DNA of 64,000 nucleotides from an uncultured Thermoplasmata archaeon. GTDB lineage: Archaea; Thermoplasmatota; Thermoplasmata; UBA10834. This document shows, piece after piece, positions 60,748-64,000 of this stretch (its first letter is position 1; each line of letters begins with the position of its first letter). The notes beneath the pieces are model-generated. The model made no database searches and was not told the origin of the DNA. It worked only from the letters and a program-made list of their open reading frames with translations. The stretch is from positions 76,358-140,357 of the forward strand of contig CAVRDX010000001.1 in the NCBI GenBank assembly GCA_963719945.1. The letters run 5' to 3'. Made by a program: the position numbers and the translations under genes.

Positions 60748-61391
60748 TGAAAGTGCTGAAGTGCACGGGGCACAAGGAAGTCTGCAAGAAGTGCGATCTG
60801 CCAGAGAAGGATGTGGACGAGCTCATAGCGGTGCTCAAAGCCGGTGAGCTGATCGTCTTCCCGACGGACACCCTATATGGCATAGGTGCTGATCCGTTCA
60901 AGGAATCTTCCGTGAAGAAGGTCTTCATCGCGAAGAACAGGCCTTTCGACATGCCTCTTTCCATCGCTGTGAGCAACGAGAAGATGATGGAGAGCGTCGC
61001 CGTTCTGAACGAGAAGGCGAGGGCTGTCATCAGGAAGTACATGCCCGGACCGATCACTATAATGCTTGCGAAGAAACCCAGCATACCGGATATCCTTACA
61101 TCAGGTTCGAACCTCGTGGGTATCAGGATACCGGATCATCCCTTGGCAATCCGTCTGATAGACAGGTTCGGTCCGATCACCGCGACCAGCGCCAACCTCC
61201 ACTCTCAGAAGGACCCGGTGGACGCTTCGATATCGAAGAAGGATCTGAAGGACCATATCAAGATCTGCGTCGATTGCGGCAAGACCAAGTACGCCGCCCC
61301 ATCTACCATCGTAGACGTATCGGATGGCGAGGTGGACGTCATCCGGAAGGGCGTAATACCTCAGGAGGAGATTGAGAACGCCCTCCGTTAA
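60747..61391 (+). CDS. L-threonylcarbamoyladenylate synthase (Sua5/YrdC/TsaC family, YrdC domain only)
   Basis: GELIVFPTDTLYGIGADPF, IFIAKNRPFDMPLSI, SANLHSQKDP motifs. Confidence 0.9.
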   Translation: MKVLKCTGHKEVCKKCDLPEKDVDELIAVLKAGELIVFPTDTLYGIGADPFKESSVKKVFIAKNRPFDMPLSIAVSNEKMMESVAVLNEKARAVIRKYMPGPITIMLAKKPSIPDILTSGSNLVGIRIPDHPLAIRLIDRFGPITATSANLHSQKDPVDASISKKDLKDHIKICVDCGKTKYAAPSTIVDVSDGEVDVIRKGVIPQEEIENALR

Positions 61392-61398
61392 TGACGAT

Positions 61399-62271
61399 AT
61401 GCTGAAGAAATACAAGCTCGCCGGGGCCATCGCCCGCGAGGCGAGGGAGTTCGGTGTTTCCCACGCCAAGGCTGGAGTCAGCGCACTGGAGCTTGCCAAC
61501 GCAATGGAATCATTGATTCGCTCTAAAGGTGGCGAGTGTGCATTCCCTGTCAATATCGGGATCAACGAGGTAGCTGCGCATTATACCCCTTCCAAAGCAG
61601 ACGATGTCCTACTCAAGATCGGAGACGTCGTCAAGCTCGATGTGGGCTCCCACATAGACGGTTATCCCGCGGATACATCCGCAACCGTGGAGATCGGCAC
61701 CAGGAACAACCAGTCACTCATCACGTCAGCCGAGGACGCTCTCAAGATGTGCGTGGAGATGATCGCACCTGGAACCACTCTATCTGCCATCGGAGAGGCG
61801 GTGGACCGAGCGATATCATCTGCAGGGTTCAAACCGATCGAGAACCTCACAGGTCATAGCATGGAACGTTTCAATCTCCACGCGGGCCTGAGCATTCCGA
61901 ATGTAAAGACAAAGGACAGGGCTTTTGTCGAAGAAGGCATGATCCTTGCGATCGAGCCGTTCTCAACGACGGGTTCCGGAAGGGTGAAGGGTGCGTGCAG
62001 GGGGAACATCTACAGGATAATGAGGGACCGCCGCGCACCCGCGGAGATATCCACGATGTTCTCACGGATGCAGAGCAAATTCGGATCGTTCCCTTTCGCG
62101 TCCAGGTGGTGTGACGATCTTCATCCGAACGCCCAGACTCTTCTTCCAAAGATGTTGCGTATGGGCATGGTGATGAACTACCCCGTGCTGTCCGAGGTTC
62201 GCGGAGGCGTAGTCGCCCAGGCGGAACACTCGGTGCTGGTCACCAAGAATAGCTGCATTGTTTTGACTTGA
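61399..62271 (+). CDS. map: type II methionine aminopeptidase
   Basis: From ATG 61399: MLKKYKLAGAIAREA.... FPVNIGINEVAAHYTP, KLDVGSHIDGY, LTGHSM, ILAIEPF, and a C-terminal winged-helix insert typical of archaeal MetAP2. Confidence 0.93.
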   Translation: MLKKYKLAGAIAREAREFGVSHAKAGVSALELANAMESLIRSKGGECAFPVNIGINEVAAHYTPSKADDVLLKIGDVVKLDVGSHIDGYPADTSATVEIGTRNNQSLITSAEDALKMCVEMIAPGTTLSAIGEAVDRAISSAGFKPIENLTGHSMERFNLHAGLSIPNVKTKDRAFVEEGMILAIEPFSTTGSGRVKGACRGNIYRIMRDRRAPAEISTMFSRMQSKFGSFPFASRWCDDLHPNAQTLLPKMLRMGMVMNYPVLSEVRGGVVAQAEHSVLVTKNSCIVLT

Positions 62272-62752
62272 CGGAAGAAATTCTGAGCAAGCCTATCGTT
62301 GCATCGTCTACCCAAAATCGATTCTTTTCAAGCTGATGCAAATGACGCTTGTTCCTCGCCGATGCCTCCCCACCCAGGCCCTTAAAGGGCACAGGTGGAG
62401 AGGCATGACGAACACCTCTTTTGTGAAAAAGTTGTGGGTGGTTCGAAATTCTGGAGGAAATGGCGAGGTGTGTTGGTGATGCCTCTCCTTTTTGGAGTTT
62501 TGCAGACTTCCTCCGAGTCTGTCAGAGGTTAATAAGTTCCCATTATTTTAATCCTTTTCGCTTTCACCACATGTCGTTGGTTCATTTCTAGAAGGGGTTT
62601 TGGTCGATTGAATACATGATTGTGCCAGAACGCACCCCTTTGAGTAGGTGGTTTCCCATTTTGCTAGCATCTCCATTGTTGATATGCTAATCCGAATCGT
62701 GCTCGCGGACTGCGAATCTTTAATAGATATGTGACGCTAACCGTTGAGCTAA

Positions 62753-62837
62753 GCGAGGGTAGCCAAGCCCGGTCAAAGGCGACAGACTCAAGATCTGTTC
62801 TCGCAGGGGTTCCCCGGTTCAAATCCGGGCCCTCGCA
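62753..62837 (+). tRNA. tRNA-Leu (anticodon CAA), long variable arm, CCA not encoded
   Basis: Acceptor GCGAGGG/CCCTCGC, anticodon loop CTCAAGA, 14-nt variable arm, T-arm CCCGG-TTCAAAT-CCGGG, discriminator A. Confidence 0.92.
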
Positions 62838-62871
62838 CATTATTATTCTAAATGCGTAAATTATATTGTGT

Positions 62872-62893
62872 CACAGTTCAAATCAGGATCATG
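62872..62893 (+). promoter_or_regulatory. 22-nt repeated upstream element, copy A (CACAGTTCAAATCAGGATCATG)
   Basis: Repeated with one mismatch at 63503-63524. Each copy begins 54-55 nt upstream of the next ORF start. The TTCAAATC core could act as a TATA-like box. Confidence 0.35.
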
Positions 62894-62926
62894 TAATGGT
62901 CCCGAACTCTGCAGCAGAAGTTCTAA

Positions 62927-63475
62927 GTGATGGCGATTCAATTCCCTGTTTGGTCGGGTGGCTGCCTGCGCATTGGGCATTTGGATGGTAAGAACAGGAT
63001 ATACGATTCTGATGGAGAGCTGATTCTCAAGGAGAGCGAGAGGCTTCTTGGCAGATATGTCAAAGTGGAATTAGACATCAAGAAAGGGTGGCGCATGTGG
63101 ATGGTGGAGAGTGTCTTCACGAGAGAAGCAGGCGCCGTTACTTGCTACATTACAGACCGGAGAATTGTGTGCATAAGGCGTCCGGATGTCCACAAGGCCG
63201 GCGCCTATCTGATGACTCCCTATGGCGCTGCGGAAGGGATCGCAGATATGTACAAGGCTCGCAAGATTCTCGAAGCAGGCGGATTTGAGTTCTGTGAGTT
63301 CATGCCGGATGAGATTCGATTCTACAAGAAGTATCCTGCGGTGATGAGTCTCAGGATGATGGATGGTGGAAAGAAATACAGTGCAGACTTCACGATAAAG
63401 GGCAAAGCCTTGTCACCTCATTTCCGTCCCGCTCTGATGTCTTGGGTGGAGAGTAAAGGGATTTCACCAGCGTGA
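62927..63475 (+). CDS. hypothetical protein (ORFan)
   Basis: 182-aa ORF (GTG 62927 or ATG 62930) in an AT-richer stretch just after tRNA-Leu. No recognisable motifs. Confidence 0.5.
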   Translation: MMAIQFPVWSGGCLRIGHLDGKNRIYDSDGELILKESERLLGRYVKVELDIKKGWRMWMVESVFTREAGAVTCYITDRRIVCIRRPDVHKAGAYLMTPYGAAEGIADMYKARKILEAGGFEFCEFMPDEIRFYKKYPAVMSLRMMDGGKKYSADFTIKGKALSPHFRPALMSWVESKGISPA

Positions 63476-63502
63476 TGCTTCAATCTCCTATGGCCTTCTC
63501 TC

Positions 63503-63524
63503 CACAGTTCAAATCAGCATCATG
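63503..63524 (+). promoter_or_regulatory. 22-nt repeated upstream element, copy B (CACAGTTCAAATCAGCATCATG)
   Basis: See copy A. Weaker similarity continues for about 20 nt downstream of both copies. Confidence 0.35.
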
Positions 63525-63556
63525 CGTAACCACTCGATTCATAAGGACTGAGTTCA

Positions 63557-64000
63557 ATGCGCCTGCGATGTCTGACTCGGAGGAGAATGCATGTGTCTTT
63601 CGCAGGAGGTGAGACTCTGAGTTTGCTCGCGGAGAGATTTGCTAGATGGGAAGAAAAGCAAAAGAAATCCAACAGACAGTTGAGATCTGTTCCAGGCCTT
63701 AGGAATATCTTCCTTTTCCTGTCATTTGGCTTGATTCCAGCATTCTTGCTCTATGCGTGGTTCGATTCCAATGCAAACAATCTGCAATATACATGGTTGT
63801 CAGTTGCCGCATTCGTGTGTATGTATTCCTATGGGATGATAGCTATACTTGACCTTGGCTATCGACGCGACGCTGCTTATCTTGCGTCGGGTTTTCTCAT
63901 TATTGCATTTGCCAATAAACTCATTGGAAATAATTTCGAGCATAGCCTGATTATATGGGGGATGCTGATTGGTTGGTTTAGCGGCGTTGCTTCCATATCA
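63557..64000 (+). CDS. hypothetical membrane protein, 3' end outside the window
   Basis: The frame stays open from ATG 63557 (alternative ATG 63587) to the window edge. It contains hydrophobic helices IFLFLSFGLIPAFLLYAW, WLSVAAFVCMYSYGMIAIL, LASGFLIIAF. Absent from the ORF track because it has no stop codon. Confidence 0.5.
   Translation, partial: MRLRCLTRRRMHVSFAGGETLSLLAERFARWEEKQKKSNRQLRSVPGLRNIFLFLSFGLIPAFLLYAWFDSNANNLQYTWLSVAAFVCMYSYGMIAILDLGYRRDAAYLASGFLIIAFANKLIGNNFEHSLIIWGMLIGWFSGVASIS

Noticed and set aside
62872-62893. Whether the 22-nt repeat is a duplicated tRNA-Leu 3' end (att site)
   Set aside because: Only the 9-nt GTTCAAATC core matches the tRNA T-arm and the flanking bases differ. 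That is insufficient to call an att site, so I kept it only as an alternative in the finding.

Overview
GC-rich archaeal chromosome segment, probably euryarchaeal and Thermoplasmata-like: it has aEF-2/aEF-1alpha, the PolD large subunit, RpoD with a 4Fe-4S domain, and a 23S rRNA gene with no 16S or 5S beside it. The core is housekeeping. It includes the S12-S7-EF2-EF1alpha-S10 operon, an S13-S4-S11-RpoD operon, PolD DP2, AlaRS, succinyl-CoA synthetase, urocanase, a NikR-controlled CbiMQO/Nik-type ECF transporter, NOG1 GTPase, Sua5/YrdC, MetAP, an ABC-2 exporter, a CPA2 antiporter, 23S rRNA, tRNA-Ala(UGC) and tRNA-Leu(CAA). Visibly AT-richer accessory stretches sit next to both tRNAs (about 8.55-15.95 kb and 62.84-64 kb). 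They encode mostly secreted or membrane ORFans, and I saw no integrase, transposase or CRISPR array. Main leads: (1) a tight five-gene operon at 24.5-28.6 kb with a helical protein, a YdjI/COG4260-type SPFH protein carrying three zinc ribbons, and three paralogous zinc-ribbon proteins. It looks like an uncharacterised archaeal relative of the Bacillus ydjFGHI membrane-stress module. (2) A beta-rich, possibly gasdermin-like ORF bracketed by copies of a three-member structured repeat family whose GNRA-capped hairpin keeps its pairing despite sequence change. (3) A membrane-anchored alpha/beta protein paired with a Ras/Rab-like GTPase. (4) Three conserved genes (S13, cbiO, the GTPase) each interrupted by a 1-nt frameshift, two of them at an identical AGAACTGTC 9-mer. 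All family assignments come from reading motifs by eye, with no database search.
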